DNA from: a virus
Lineage: Duplodnaviria; Caudoviricetes
Virus record (IMG/VR): IMGVR_UViG_3300032318_000846
Coordinates: 1-38,749 of that record
Length of the DNA: 38,749 nucleotides
Strand: one strand, 5' to 3'
Positions 1 through 9,189 of the stretch are shown here, piece by piece. The notes beneath the pieces were generated by a model that had not been told where the DNA came from, searched no databases, and saw nothing but the letters and a program-made list of their open reading frames with translations. The translations under genes and the position numbers were made by a program. Each line of letters begins with the position of its first letter. Position 1 is the first letter of the stretch.

Positions 1-123
1 CTCAGGCCACCCAGCAGGCTGCCCAAATTAGGGCTCAGTCGTTGGCGAACATTGGGTCCACCATTGGCGGCGCAATCCAGACCTACGTCCAAAAGAAGGA
101 GGAGAAGGAGAAGCGTAAGGGCA
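1..123. repeat. Terminal direct repeat (circular assembly overlap), copy 1
   Basis: Bases 1-123 are identical to 38627-38749. The repeat lies inside a CDS, so it is most likely an assembler overlap. Confidence 0.95.
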
Positions 124-1427
124 GCATCGACTTCATTTCCCGCGTGTTCCAGAGCCAACCCAACTTGGCTAAAACCTTTCAGGTTCCTTTGGATGAGAGC
201 GGGAAGCCGGATCAGAAGGCACTAGGCAGCATTCTGGACAACTTCAAAAGTCCAGATGAGGCCATCCGGTCGTTTATGGCCCTCAACGAGTTTGCGGAAC
301 AGGGCAAGGCCCGCCAGCAGCAGGCCGATGCGGCCCGCTACGCCCAGATGTTCGACAATCAGGGCCAGATGCTCTCTCCCCTGCGTTCTGATGCGGGTGC
401 TCAGTTTAGCCCGGAGGCCCGTGCTATGGGCCAGCAGATGGTTACGCAGCGGGCCCAGGCTCTTGCCAACCTTGAACGCACCCGAGCCCAGACGTTGAAG
501 GACTTGGCTCCGGCCGCGGCTGACCTGACTGCTGCTCAGAGGGACACGGAGGCAATCATTTCTGCTGAGATTGCTTCCGGCGCATTGGACCCCAAAGATC
601 GAAAGGCGCTTTCAAAGCGTCGTTCGGAACTCCTTGCCCTTGGTGGGCGCGGCGAACGCCAGACTGAACGTTATCAAAGCCCGACTGCCATCGTTGACGC
701 AAACGGGGCCTACCTCGGCCAAGGGGTGTTTGACCAAAAGACCGCCAAGTTTGGTCTGAGGAACGAGGCAACGGGCGAAATCGAACCCCTGCCTAAAGGG
801 GCAAAGCCGTCTACCGTTAGCGGTATGAGCCGCGCTATTCTCGCCGGTCCTCAGTTCCTAAAATTGCGCGAAGACCTTGGCCAAGCTGAAATCGCCCTCA
901 ATCGACTGTCGGCTTATATGAGTTCCGTGGAGAACTCCAGGCAAGGCTTTGAGAAGCTGGCTGACAAATTTTCTACCAACTTCAAGACGCTCCTTAATTC
1001 TGGGGCCCTTACCAAGGAGCAACTTGCTACGGCTGCTGCCAATGGGCAGTTGCAGTCTTTGCTTGGTGCCAATCGCTTGGAGATACTTGGTGGTGGCGTT
1101 CTGACTGAGAATGACGCACTCCGTATCATTGCATCGGCTGGCGGCGATGTGAACGCGCTCCAGAACAAGGAGATCGTCCAGGATGCGATTGCCCGGATGT
1201 ACAACGACAAGTACCGGACTTATCAGCGCAACCGGGAGGACTACAACATTCAGGTCAAGGGCGGTTACGGCGGTCAGGGTTATTCGGAAGCCGAGAAGAT
1301 AGAGTTTGATCCCCGCTTCCTCAAGGACGCCGCTCCTACCACTACCACTCAGGTTAAAAAAGGCACCCTAGATGAGATTCGTGCCCGTATTGAAGCTCTG
1401 AAGAAGAAGTCTGGAGGCTCGAAATAA
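42..1427 (+). CDS. Putative internal virion / DNA ejection protein (3' part; true start is ATG 38545 across the circular junction, about 502 aa)
   Basis: Long helical Ala/Gln-rich ORF at the end of the structural arm. The frame continues from 38545 through the terminal repeat. Confidence 0.65.
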   Translation: MANIGSTIGGAIQTYVQKKEEKEKRKGSIDFISRVFQSQPNLAKTFQVPLDESGKPDQKALGSILDNFKSPDEAIRSFMALNEFAEQGKARQQQADAARYAQMFDNQGQMLSPLRSDAGAQFSPEARAMGQQMVTQRAQALANLERTRAQTLKDLAPAAADLTAAQRDTEAIISAEIASGALDPKDRKALSKRRSELLALGGRGERQTERYQSPTAIVDANGAYLGQGVFDQKTAKFGLRNEATGEIEPLPKGAKPSTVSGMSRAILAGPQFLKLREDLGQAEIALNRLSAYMSSVENSRQGFEKLADKFSTNFKTLLNSGALTKEQLATAAANGQLQSLLGANRLEILGGGVLTENDALRIIASAGGDVNALQNKEIVQDAIARMYNDKYRTYQRNREDYNIQVKGGYGGQGYSEAEKIEFDPRFLKDAAPTTTTQVKKGTLDEIRARIEALKKKSGGSK

Positions 1428-1428
1428 T

Positions 1429-2952
1429 ATGGCCCTTACCATTTCTGAGCAGGAAGAGCTGGCTAAGTTGGAGGCTGAGGCCAAGCGGCTGGAGGCTGAG
1501 GAGGCTCAGCTTGCGGCTGGCAATGAACGCAGTCTCGCTTCCAAGGCGGTTGGCACAGCTTCTGATGTCGTTGTGCCTGCCGGTTTTGCTACGGTCGGTC
1601 AGGCCGCTGGTGCTATGCCGATGTTTTCGGTGCCCACCTTTGGGGCTAGTGTTCCGTTGTTTGGCGGGATTTCGGGTACGGCTGGATATGCCATCAATGA
1701 GCTGGCTCAGGGTCGCACTCCTACCGTCGGCGGGGCTACGGAGGCGTTCATCACTTCCGCTATCCCCGGTGGTCAGGTAGCTCGGATGGGGCGTGCTGCA
1801 CGGGCTGGTGAGGTTGCAAAGCAGGCTGCGGGAACCATTGCCGGGGCTCAGGCAGAACGTGCCATCGAAAAGGGAGAGGCCATCTCCCCCCTGGAGGCTG
1901 GTATGGCTGTGGCTGGTTCGGCTGTAGGCGTTCAGGCTGGGTCCAAGGCCGGCAAGGGTGCCGTTGCTTCGGAACTCAAAGCCGCAATGCAACAAGCTAC
2001 AGTAGATGAGCGCCGCAAACTTGCAATGGCGCTTGGCTACACCGTTGATCCGGTGCAGAGTAACCCCACTACGTTTACCAAGGGAGTTGAGCGTCTCCAG
2101 GGCGGACAGGCGGTGGCTCAGGCTGAACTGGCCCGTCGCAATCAGCCCGTTACCAATAGCATTATTCGCACAGAGATTGGGCTCCCCCCCGAAGCGGAGC
2201 TGAATGCGATTACCCTAGATACCTTGCGATACGCTACCCAAGAGCCCTATCGGCGCTTGGAACAGCTTACCCCTGTAGCCCGCAATCTGTTGGATCAAAT
2301 CAACACCTTCCGAAAGGACTCGCGGGACCTCTGGAAGGATTATTCGGTGAATGCTAGGGTTGAAACGCGGCGTGAAGCCGAGGCCCTTACCAAGAAGGCC
2401 GAAAACCTAGAGAATGCTCTGGAGCGTCTGGCGCAGCGCAAGGCCAACCCCACGTTGGTCCAAGAAATGCGGGATGCGCGGCGTCAGCTTGCTAAGATTC
2501 ACGTCGCGGAGTCGGCGCTTAATGACGCCACCCAGAACATCGATGCCATCGTAATTGGGAAGATTCACGAATCCAATCCCAAGTACTTGAGCGACTCCCT
2601 GAAGGATGTGGCCGAGATTGCGAATATGCAGCCGGCGGTGATGAAGGAGTTCGTTCGTCCTCCTAGCGGCACAGCCAACTACCTTGGTCGTTCGGCTCTC
2701 GCTGCCACCTTTGGTGCGGCGGGCTATGGCACGGGTGGAGTTCCTGGGGCTGTTGCGGGCGCTTTGGCGGGTTCTGTGGCCGATATCCCATTCCGGGCCT
2801 TGGCAGGGTCTCGTCCCTATCAGGCGGCCTACGGAATCCCGCGCTATGAGGCTCTGAATACCCCTACGGCGGTGCAGACGTTCCTAATGCAGTCTGGCAG
2901 GCAGGCCGGAGCTTACAGCCCTAACAATCCTCAGCAATCACCGGCCAGATAG
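1429..2952 (+). CDS. Putative internal virion / ejection protein
   Basis: 507 aa with Gly/Ala-rich hydrophobic segments. It is the last gene of the late arm, the usual position of podovirus ejection proteins. Confidence 0.6.
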   Translation: MALTISEQEELAKLEAEAKRLEAEEAQLAAGNERSLASKAVGTASDVVVPAGFATVGQAAGAMPMFSVPTFGASVPLFGGISGTAGYAINELAQGRTPTVGGATEAFITSAIPGGQVARMGRAARAGEVAKQAAGTIAGAQAERAIEKGEAISPLEAGMAVAGSAVGVQAGSKAGKGAVASELKAAMQQATVDERRKLAMALGYTVDPVQSNPTTFTKGVERLQGGQAVAQAELARRNQPVTNSIIRTEIGLPPEAELNAITLDTLRYATQEPYRRLEQLTPVARNLLDQINTFRKDSRDLWKDYSVNARVETRREAEALTKKAENLENALERLAQRKANPTLVQEMRDARRQLAKIHVAESALNDATQNIDAIVIGKIHESNPKYLSDSLKDVAEIANMQPAVMKEFVRPPSGTANYLGRSALAATFGAAGYGTGGVPGAVAGALAGSVADIPFRALAGSRPYQAAYGIPRYEALNTPTAVQTFLMQSGRQAGAYSPNNPQQSPAR

Positions 2953-3172
2953 GCTCCCACTCCGGTTCACAGAAGAACCGGGTGCCGTCGCTCTCCCCTC
3001 CGTAAATCTCCCCCTCTAAGCAGGGTTGGCCGCTTGGATGGGTGGTGGTGCGGAGAATGTGGAACCTATGTCCCTTGATGGGCAGACACCACAATGTCCC
3101 GTCGGCTAGGGTGATGAGCACCGCATCTACGACAGGCTTAAACCTCCAGAGCTTGGGTTCCTCGATGGTCAA
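2921..3172 (-). CDS. Hypothetical protein
   Basis: ATGA overlap with the upstream phosphoesterase gene; last gene of the - arm. Confidence 0.6.
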   Translation of the reverse strand: MTIEEPKLWRFKPVVDAVLITLADGTLWCLPIKGHRFHILRTTTHPSGQPCLEGEIYGGESDGTRFFCEPEWEPIWPVIAEDC

Positions 3173-4068
3173 GAGGTGCCGCGAATCGAGATTGTCAGGC
3201 GATCGCTGCCGTCGGTCGTTACCCGCCTCGGAATCACCTCAAACTCAATCCAGCCCAGCGCATTTGGAGACCGGCATGCATCCACGTTGTAGCTGCTCTT
3301 GCCGTCCTCATAAACCTTGAGGAATGAGCCTGTACGGCCCTGCCAGCTAGGTTGTTCATCGATCTCAAAGAACGGGAACTCGCGGGTGTCGCGGGGCACC
3401 AACACAACATTTCCACCGTTGCAGCCCTTGCCGTGGCTGTGCCCCATCAGGTTGATGTGTGCCCGGGGGAACATATGCCCCATCTTCTGGATGGGGTTGT
3501 ACTGACTGCCAGCCAATGCCCCGCCTCCTAGGCCGTGATGGGCTTGTATCCAAAGCGATACGTGCTGACATCCCGTGCCCCCGCGTCCGCGTGGGTTCTT
3601 TCTGCCATCGAGCAGGAGTCTTACGAGGATGAACGAGTGAACTCCTAGGTGCCGGGTTTTAAGAGCCGCCGCAAGAAGGTGGTCAGTATTCTGCCCGTCA
3701 TTGTAGTCAAAATAATGATTACCGCCAAGCAGGCCAATGCACCTGCCGCGCATAAAACTAAGCTCATTAGCAAGAGTGCGGACAACACCCTTGTACATAT
3801 CTCCCATAGAGATCTTGGTGGTGGAATGTAGGTTGGAAGCATTGAGGATGGCTCGTTCCGAGGTGGACACTCCGTCCGTGTAGTCGCCCATCCCGAGGAA
3901 GTAGGCGTTCTTCTGGGACTTAGCGTAGGTCAGAAACTCCTGCCAGGTGGAGTCGGCGTGCATCTCGGAGTCGCGGTGAACGTCTCCGAAAGGGATAATC
4001 TTGATGGGCTTCCCTAACTCGCAGCGGATGTCCACCGAGTGGTTAACGTGCTTGCCGTCAGTTTTCAT
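3169..4068 (-). CDS. Calcineurin-like metallophosphoesterase
   Basis: Motifs GDVH, MGDYTD, GGNH, HHG and GHSH occur in the canonical order. Confidence 0.85.
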   Translation of the reverse strand: MKTDGKHVNHSVDIRCELGKPIKIIPFGDVHRDSEMHADSTWQEFLTYAKSQKNAYFLGMGDYTDGVSTSERAILNASNLHSTTKISMGDMYKGVVRTLANELSFMRGRCIGLLGGNHYFDYNDGQNTDHLLAAALKTRHLGVHSFILVRLLLDGRKNPRGRGGTGCQHVSLWIQAHHGLGGGALAGSQYNPIQKMGHMFPRAHINLMGHSHGKGCNGGNVVLVPRDTREFPFFEIDEQPSWQGRTGSFLKVYEDGKSSYNVDACRSPNALGWIEFEVIPRRVTTDGSDRLTISIRGTS

Positions 4069-4298
4069 CGATAGCGGGCCGTCTTGGCGGCAATCTTCTT
4101 AGGCTGGGCCACCACTTGCTTGCCGGACCGCATTCCTTTGCGTTTTGCGGCGTTTGTAGCGGCCTTCTCGGCAGGAGATAGGCTCTTCCACGCAGCGTCC
4201 GGCAAATAGCGTTCTCCGGTCTGTAATGAGGGTTTGCCCGAATTGGTGCGCCATTTCTGGCGGGTCCATTCGTTGAGGGAGCGTTGTTGGGCTTTCAA
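4065..4298 (-). CDS. Small basic phage protein (WTRQKWRT...GERYLP type)
   Basis: TTG start overlaps the TGA of the upstream gene. 77 aa, Lys/Arg-rich, resembling a widespread aquatic-phage family. Confidence 0.75.
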   Translation of the reverse strand: MKAQQRSLNEWTRQKWRTNSGKPSLQTGERYLPDAAWKSLSPAEKAATNAAKRKGMRSGKQVVAQPKKIAAKTARYR

Positions 4299-4471
4299 GA
4301 GGTGTACCCTCCGCCGGCGGCCTTGTACTCCCGGGCTACCATTTGTGCCTTCCTGGCCGACCATTGGCCCGGACGCCCTCCCTTGGAGCCGGCTTTGACC
4401 CGCTCAAATATCTTCTTACGCATTCCGGGCTTGGTGTAGACGCCTGCTGAGTTGACTGTGGATTTTCTCAT
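4295..4471 (-). CDS. Small basic phage protein, DUF5872-like (not in ORF track)
   Basis: 58 aa MRKSTVNSAGVYTKPGMRKKIFERVKAGSKGGRPGQWSARKAQMVAREYKAAGGGYTS, with start/stop overlaps on both sides. Confidence 0.8.
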   Translation of the reverse strand: MRKSTVNSAGVYTKPGMRKKIFERVKAGSKGGRPGQWSARKAQMVAREYKAAGGGYTS

Positions 4472-4821
4472 AGAGTCTTGCGATGGGCCTTCCTCACTTC
4501 ACGTTCCTGCCCTGTTTTGACGGCGTGGCAGGCTTGGCAAAGTATTTGGTAGCCGTCTTGCTCGACGAAGAGTCGGGCGATGAACTCGTCCCAAGAGACA
4601 AAGCCGCGAACGGGGTCCACGACAGGCACGATGTGGTCAACCTTGGCTTCCTTATTTTGGACAATGGAGGAGCAGGCGGCACATTTGTAGGAGTTGCGGG
4701 CAACTCTTGCTGCCTTCTTAGCTCCGTACTTTGGACCCCACCTAGAGGAGGCGCGACGAAGCGCCGACGTGATGAAGGACCGAAAACGTGCTGGGGACCA
4801 CTTCCCGTCATTGACGTTCAT
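4468..4821 (-). CDS. HNH endonuclease
   Basis: CAAC...VDHIVP...LCQACH motif. Confidence 0.85.
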   Translation of the reverse strand: MNVNDGKWSPARFRSFITSALRRASSRWGPKYGAKKAARVARNSYKCAACSSIVQNKEAKVDHIVPVVDPVRGFVSWDEFIARLFVEQDGYQILCQACHAVKTGQEREVRKAHRKTL

Positions 4822-5090
4822 CCTATGGTGCGGCGAATAACTTCATTCCCCAGCCATAATACACATACGTGGATGTGCTTGCAGCGGTCTCTTTCGGGGT
4901 GGGGGTATTCATTCTGGGGCAAGCCTTGCTTCAGGCGGGGCTGGCAGCGCGTTTCCCAGTCCCGGCACGTACATTGACCCCGGCCTTTCCACAGACTGAG
5001 GTCAATGACGTAGAACTCCTCCTCTTTGCTCTCGGATAGAACGTGGAAGAGAAGTTGCCCACGGTGCTCAATTTTTGGCGGAGGCTTCAC
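4818..5090 (-). CDS. SWIM-type zinc-finger protein
   Basis: CTC...RCKH motif. Confidence 0.7.
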   Translation of the reverse strand: MKPPPKIEHRGQLLFHVLSESKEEEFYVIDLSLWKGRGQCTCRDWETRCQPRLKQGLPQNEYPHPERDRCKHIHVCVLWLGNEVIRRTIG

Positions 5091-5244
5091 CTTGCAGGCG
5101 GTCCTTCCGAGCCAAGATCAATTTGTGATACCTCTCGATGGCTTTAAATTGGTCCACCGGGTCATCAGAGCCCCCGATGTCGTTAACCATATCCTCCATC
5201 AGTTTCTCCTCTAAGACTTCTAATTTGCGCGGCGTAGTAGCCAT
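5068..5244 (-). CDS. Hypothetical protein
   Basis: ATG at 5244 gives 58 aa (MATTPRKLEV...) and fills the operon gap. Confidence 0.55.
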   Translation of the reverse strand: MATTPRKLEVLEEKLMEDMVNDIGGSDDPVDQFKAIERYHKLILARKDRLQGEASAKN

Positions 5245-5498
5245 TGGTGTGTTTCCGCCCATTGCGGGTTATCGTGGATGGTTGTGTGGCACACTCGGCA
5301 AACAGCTAGGAAGATAGTGCTATCACAGAGCTTCCCACCTCGTCCGAGCGGCAACTTGTGGTGGATGTCTTGGCTGTCTCGTTTCTGACAGACCTGACAG
5401 GTTGGATTGTTGGCTAGGTAGTCGGCCCTGAGACCTCGGTAGATCTTCAGGGCCTCCTGCCTGCGTTTACTTACCCTTCTTAGCGGCGACCGCTTCAC
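5220..5498 (-). CDS. HNH-like nuclease
   Basis: GTG start (MKRSPLRRVS...) and CQVC...DIHH...VCRVCH motif. Confidence 0.8.
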   Translation of the reverse strand: MKRSPLRRVSKRRQEALKIYRGLRADYLANNPTCQVCQKRDSQDIHHKLPLGRGGKLCDSTIFLAVCRVCHTTIHDNPQWAETHQWLLRRAN

Positions 5499-5652
5499 CG
5501 AAGTTAACAAGTCGGTCGTAGAGCTTCCAAAGACGCTTGGAGATCTTGGGGCTCGGTTTCTGGACGTTAATGGCGCGCATCGCAACGCAGCAGGACAAGT
5601 CCGCCAATTCCCGATTGTTAAGCTTTAACGCGGGGATCGTACTTGTTCGCAT
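5467..5652 (-). CDS. Hypothetical protein
   Basis: Fills the gap between the exonuclease and HNH genes; the start is uncertain. Confidence 0.4.
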   Translation of the reverse strand: MRTSTIPALKLNNRELADLSCCVAMRAINVQKPSPKISKRLWKLYDRLVNFGEAVAAKKGK

Positions 5653-6406
5653 AACGCCAGATGTTGCAGGCCGCGAGGAACATATCGAAGGCATCGCGCA
5701 TCTCCTGAGCCGTGTACTCGACTACCTCCACCCGGTTGGGCTCGGTGGTTGAGATGTACACATTGGCGCCGAAGCCGTTGTCGGTGATGACTCCTCCATT
5801 GCACCAGTAGCCTACGTGATATGCGGCGATTTGGGGCAGATGGTTGAAACGATATCTGAGCGGCTTGCCGGGAGTTGTGCGGATGGTCTTGAAGTCCACG
5901 ATCCCGCACATCGAACCCTGGGTGACGGCGCAGTCGGTGGTGCCGGCATACCCGTGTTGCGGGCAGACGACGCTCACCTCGCTCTTGTCCACAGTATAGC
6001 CGGCCTTCTGAAAGCCGAGCAGACCAGCCCAAGCTAGGTCGAAGGCGTGCCCTTGATACGGCATCGGCTCGCCGCGAGTGTAGGCTTCGATGTTGGCGTG
6101 GGTGTCGGTGCCGAGGTCGGCAGCATTAGCCACCTCCTCAAACGCCTTCTCCAGCGCCGTGCCGGTGTACTGCTCCAGAGTTTCCTCCGGGCCTGGAGGA
6201 GCTTTGAAGCACCACTCCACGATGCGGGAGTTCTTCCACCTATTGAGGGCCGGATTATCCACGACCCCCATAATGGTGGTGATGGACGGGAACAGCCCCT
6301 GAGCGCGGGCGTCTGTGATGTTGGTGGGACGAGTGGCGTTCTTCGCGCCCTTCTTTGTGGGCTGGTTATGGCACGCCTTGCCCTCGGCGTTGTACCAATG
6401 GCTCAC
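5618..6406 (-). CDS. PD-(D/E)xK exonuclease
   Basis: PSITTI, GT-x-x-H, YAGTTD, DFKT and QIAAY motifs; located near the ERF gene. Confidence 0.8.
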   Translation of the reverse strand: MSHWYNAEGKACHNQPTKKGAKNATRPTNITDARAQGLFPSITTIMGVVDNPALNRWKNSRIVEWCFKAPPGPEETLEQYTGTALEKAFEEVANAADLGTDTHANIEAYTRGEPMPYQGHAFDLAWAGLLGFQKAGYTVDKSEVSVVCPQHGYAGTTDCAVTQGSMCGIVDFKTIRTTPGKPLRYRFNHLPQIAAYHVGYWCNGGVITDNGFGANVYISTTEPNRVEVVEYTAQEMRDAFDMFLAACNIWRYANKYDPRVKA

Positions 6407-6648
6407 AGCACATCCTCCCCGCCGGAGGTGGGCTTGCTGCCACCCATCGTGCGTCCGCTGCCAAGGATAGGTCCCTTGAGGCCGGCGGCGCGTTGCTCCT
6501 TGGTTAGACCCTGTACGGCCTTGTAGTTGTTGCCGAACTGGTCCGGCGCATCCAACTGGAAGAGAACGACGTTCAGATACTTGCCGTTCTTACCCTCGTA
6601 CAGGTATTCCTTGTTAACTTTCGAGACGTTAATCGTGACGCTAATCAT
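6403..6648 (-). CDS. Conserved small phage protein, possibly ssDNA-binding
   Basis: GKNGKYL...DQFGN...PILG pattern with an acidic tail, lying between ERF and the exonuclease. Confidence 0.55.
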   Translation of the reverse strand: MISVTINVSKVNKEYLYEGKNGKYLNVVLFQLDAPDQFGNNYKAVQGLTKEQRAAGLKGPILGSGRTMGGSKPTSGGEDVL

Positions 6649-6687
6649 TTGTGTGTTTGGTTTGGTTTATGGTTTACTGACGGAAGT

Positions 6688-7155
6688 TCAGAACGGGTCG
6701 TCTCCTGTGGGCTTGGTTGATTCAACCTTCGGCTTGGCAGGAGCGGGTGTGGGCTTGGCCGGCATCGCAGCCACCCCGTCGTCGTCCTCCTGGGTGATGC
6801 AGAGCATTGCAGCGAGCGAATAGCGACGCAGATATGTCGTAGCCGATCCAACCCCCTGCGGGTCGGCTTTCGGAAGCGGGGACCACGCCACGTCGTCGAT
6901 CCATTGCCCGGAGGTGTGCAGGAGGCGGGTGGTCAAATGCAGGGAGTTGCTCTCCGCAATGCCACCAGACAGGCTCTGAAGGATGACGATGCCGTTCTTG
7001 TTTAGCGGCTCCTTCACAGCGTCGATAACCGCGCCTAGGTCGGCGTAGTTGTTTTTGAAATGCGGGTTCTTCGCGTTCTTGGTCGCGTTCCCGATTTCCT
7101 TCTGAGCGGCCAGCAACGCCGGCGCAATCAGATCAATCTTTTCGGATGTCATCAT
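6688..7155 (-). CDS. erf: ERF-family ssDNA annealing protein
   Basis: KNPHFKNNYADL, LLHTSGQW and QGVGSATTYLRRYSL...EDDDG motifs. Confidence 0.92.
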   Translation of the reverse strand: MMTSEKIDLIAPALLAAQKEIGNATKNAKNPHFKNNYADLGAVIDAVKEPLNKNGIVILQSLSGGIAESNSLHLTTRLLHTSGQWIDDVAWSPLPKADPQGVGSATTYLRRYSLAAMLCITQEDDDGVAAMPAKPTPAPAKPKVESTKPTGDDPF

Positions 7156-7456
7156 TGGAAGTTCCTTTCTTCTGTTTCTCTGCGCCCATTACTGGGGTAT
7201 TTTTAGCGGGAGTGGAAGCCTTTTCTTTCGAGAAAATCCTATCAAGCTCACCAACAGCCGCTTGCGCTTGTTTTGGATCGTAGACTATCCATCGCGGCGA
7301 GACGTCATCCACGGCCCCTTCCTTGTCGATGCCAGCGAAATTAGCCCAATGGATGGGATTGCGGTCCGTCTCCTTCTTGCAGAAGATGTGGTCGTAATTG
7401 TCCCGGAAGGTGTCCGAGAAACAGTTGCGGGGACTATCGCCCTTTCCGTTGCTCAT
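7133..7456 (-). CDS. Hypothetical protein
   Basis: ATGA overlap with the helicase gene; the GKGDSPR...NYDHIF N-terminus resembles small phage proteins. Confidence 0.6.
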   Translation of the reverse strand: MSNGKGDSPRNCFSDTFRDNYDHIFCKKETDRNPIHWANFAGIDKEGAVDDVSPRWIVYDPKQAQAAVGELDRIFSKEKASTPAKNTPVMGAEKQKKGTSNDDIRKD

Positions 7457-8790
7457 CTGGCGCGTAATTGGTTGAACTTTGTGGTGGGTCGGTGGAAAGC
7501 CATCTTGACGCTCGCGCAGCCGTTATCCCGGCCCTTCGCCTGCACTAGTTCCACCTCCAAGGTGGCGAGGTTCTGGTCGTTGATGGTCTGCGGCGTGCCT
7601 TCGCTGTTCTCCGATGGAAGGTGGATAAATAGCACCCTATCAGCATCTTGCTCAATATTTCCTGACTCCCGGAGGTCTGAGAGGCGGGGCACTCTGCTTT
7701 CCTTCTCCACTTCTCTGGACACCTGTGCGAGGAGCACGACGGGGATGCCCAGCGAGACCGCGAGGTCTTTGAAGGCCAATGTGACCTGCCCGATAGCGAT
7801 GTCGCGGGTCTCACCCTTGCCGTGCGGCGGGACGTAGAGCTGGAGATAGTCGATTACCACCGCCTTGATGGACATAAAGGCTTTGCAAGCCTCGATGCGG
7901 GCGGCGATCTGCTGCGGGTTCTTGTCCGAGTCGAAGATGTGGAGCGTCTTGCTCAAGTTCGTCTCAATCTCCGTAAGAGCCGATTTGAACTTGTTCACGT
8001 CTCCCGGCATGGCGTGCTGGCTGCTGACGCTCTTAACCGAGACGCCCGACATCATCGCAGCTAGGCCTAAGCACACTTTCTTGACCGGCATTTCCCGGCT
8101 GAACAGCAGCACGTTGCCGTATTTGGTCGCCCAATGGCGGCAGATGTCGCGGGCCATCGAACTCTTTCCCACACCGGGGCGGGCGGCGATGATGATGAGC
8201 TCCCCTCCCGTGGCTGCGCCCAATTCCCGCGTCATATCACCCCACGGCCAGGTCATCCCCGGCTGCTCCACCTCACCGGAAAGAAGCTTGGCTAGGTCGG
8301 CCATTACGAGGCCGGCGGCGTCCTTCAGGCTCACCTGCGTGGCGGTCTGATTGCGCAGGGCCAGCAGCTTTGAGATTTTGGCGACGAACTCATCCACCTG
8401 TGGTTTGCCCGCTAAAGCCAGTTCCTGCGTCTCTGCGGCCACCACGGCTATCTCGCGGGCCTGATATAGCTCCTTTATCCGATCTAGGCTATAAACGAAG
8501 GAGATGGAGGTTTGCGCGGCTCCGGTGATGTCCGCGAAGTTAGCCAAGCCTCCCACTTTCTTTAGGTCGGGATCGGTGCGGCGAATCTCCTCACAGATGA
8601 CGTGAGGGTCCAGTCCCTTCCCGCGAACGTGGCATTCGTTAATCTGCTTCCAAACCACCTTACAGAAGGGGCTGTAGAACCAGTTCTCACTCACCTTGTA
8701 GTCCAAGGCTTTGAGGAGGGCCGAGGAGCCCTCCTGAACTATCGTTGAGATGACTATCCTCTCCGCCTGTTCATTGTGTGGTAGTTTCAT
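7453..8790 (-). CDS. dnaB: DnaB-like replicative helicase
   Basis: PHNEQAE N-terminus, Walker A AARPGVGKS, FSREM, IDYLQL and LSDLRESGNIEQDAD. Confidence 0.95.
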   Translation of the reverse strand: MKLPHNEQAERIVISTIVQEGSSALLKALDYKVSENWFYSPFCKVVWKQINECHVRGKGLDPHVICEEIRRTDPDLKKVGGLANFADITGAAQTSISFVYSLDRIKELYQAREIAVVAAETQELALAGKPQVDEFVAKISKLLALRNQTATQVSLKDAAGLVMADLAKLLSGEVEQPGMTWPWGDMTRELGAATGGELIIIAARPGVGKSSMARDICRHWATKYGNVLLFSREMPVKKVCLGLAAMMSGVSVKSVSSQHAMPGDVNKFKSALTEIETNLSKTLHIFDSDKNPQQIAARIEACKAFMSIKAVVIDYLQLYVPPHGKGETRDIAIGQVTLAFKDLAVSLGIPVVLLAQVSREVEKESRVPRLSDLRESGNIEQDADRVLFIHLPSENSEGTPQTINDQNLATLEVELVQAKGRDNGCASVKMAFHRPTTKFNQLRAR

Positions 8791-8974
8791 CGATGCGTCT
8801 CCTTTGCAGTATGTGTTTCCATTCTTCGTTGGTTAAGTGGTACTTCTTGTACCCCAAAGTACTAATCTTTTGCCGGATGGCAGATGCGTTTAGCCGGGTG
8901 AACTGAGCCAGCAGCTCTTTGAGCGAGGCCCCGCGTCGCATCGCGTTCTCAAACTGTATGCGTTCCGTTAGCAT
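8771..8974 (-). CDS. Small HTH-like protein
   Basis: 67 aa with a RGASLKELLAQF...ASAIRQKI helix pattern, immediately upstream of dnaB. Confidence 0.55.
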   Translation of the reverse strand: MLTERIQFENAMRRGASLKELLAQFTRLNASAIRQKISTLGYKKYHLTNEEWKHILQRRRIDETTTQ

Positions 8975-9189
8975 TCCAATCGGTCAATGATGTTTGAGAG
9001 ATACTCCCGGCGGATGTGGGCAGCCAGGGCCTCAGCCGTCTTCCATTCCTCGCCGTCTGGACCATATTTGATCCCGGAGCGGAGGTAAGCATCTAGGTCC
9101 CATAGGACGCCGGACATCTCAGACGACAGGTTGGCCGCTTTGTAAGCGTGTTGCTCGTCTGGCAGGTCAAATTCAATCGTGGCTTTCAT
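8968..9189 (-). CDS. Hypothetical phage protein (MKATIEFDLP type)
   Basis: ATG at 9189; resembles a common phage family with a LWDLD...LR...KY pattern. Confidence 0.7.
   Translation of the reverse strand: MKATIEFDLPDEQHAYKAANLSSEMSGVLWDLDAYLRSGIKYGPDGEEWKTAEALAAHIRREYLSNIIDRLEC

Noticed and set aside
1-123. Physical direct terminal repeat of the virion DNA
   Set aside because: It falls in the middle of a gene and has a k-mer-like length. Real ends are more plausibly in 15100-15750.
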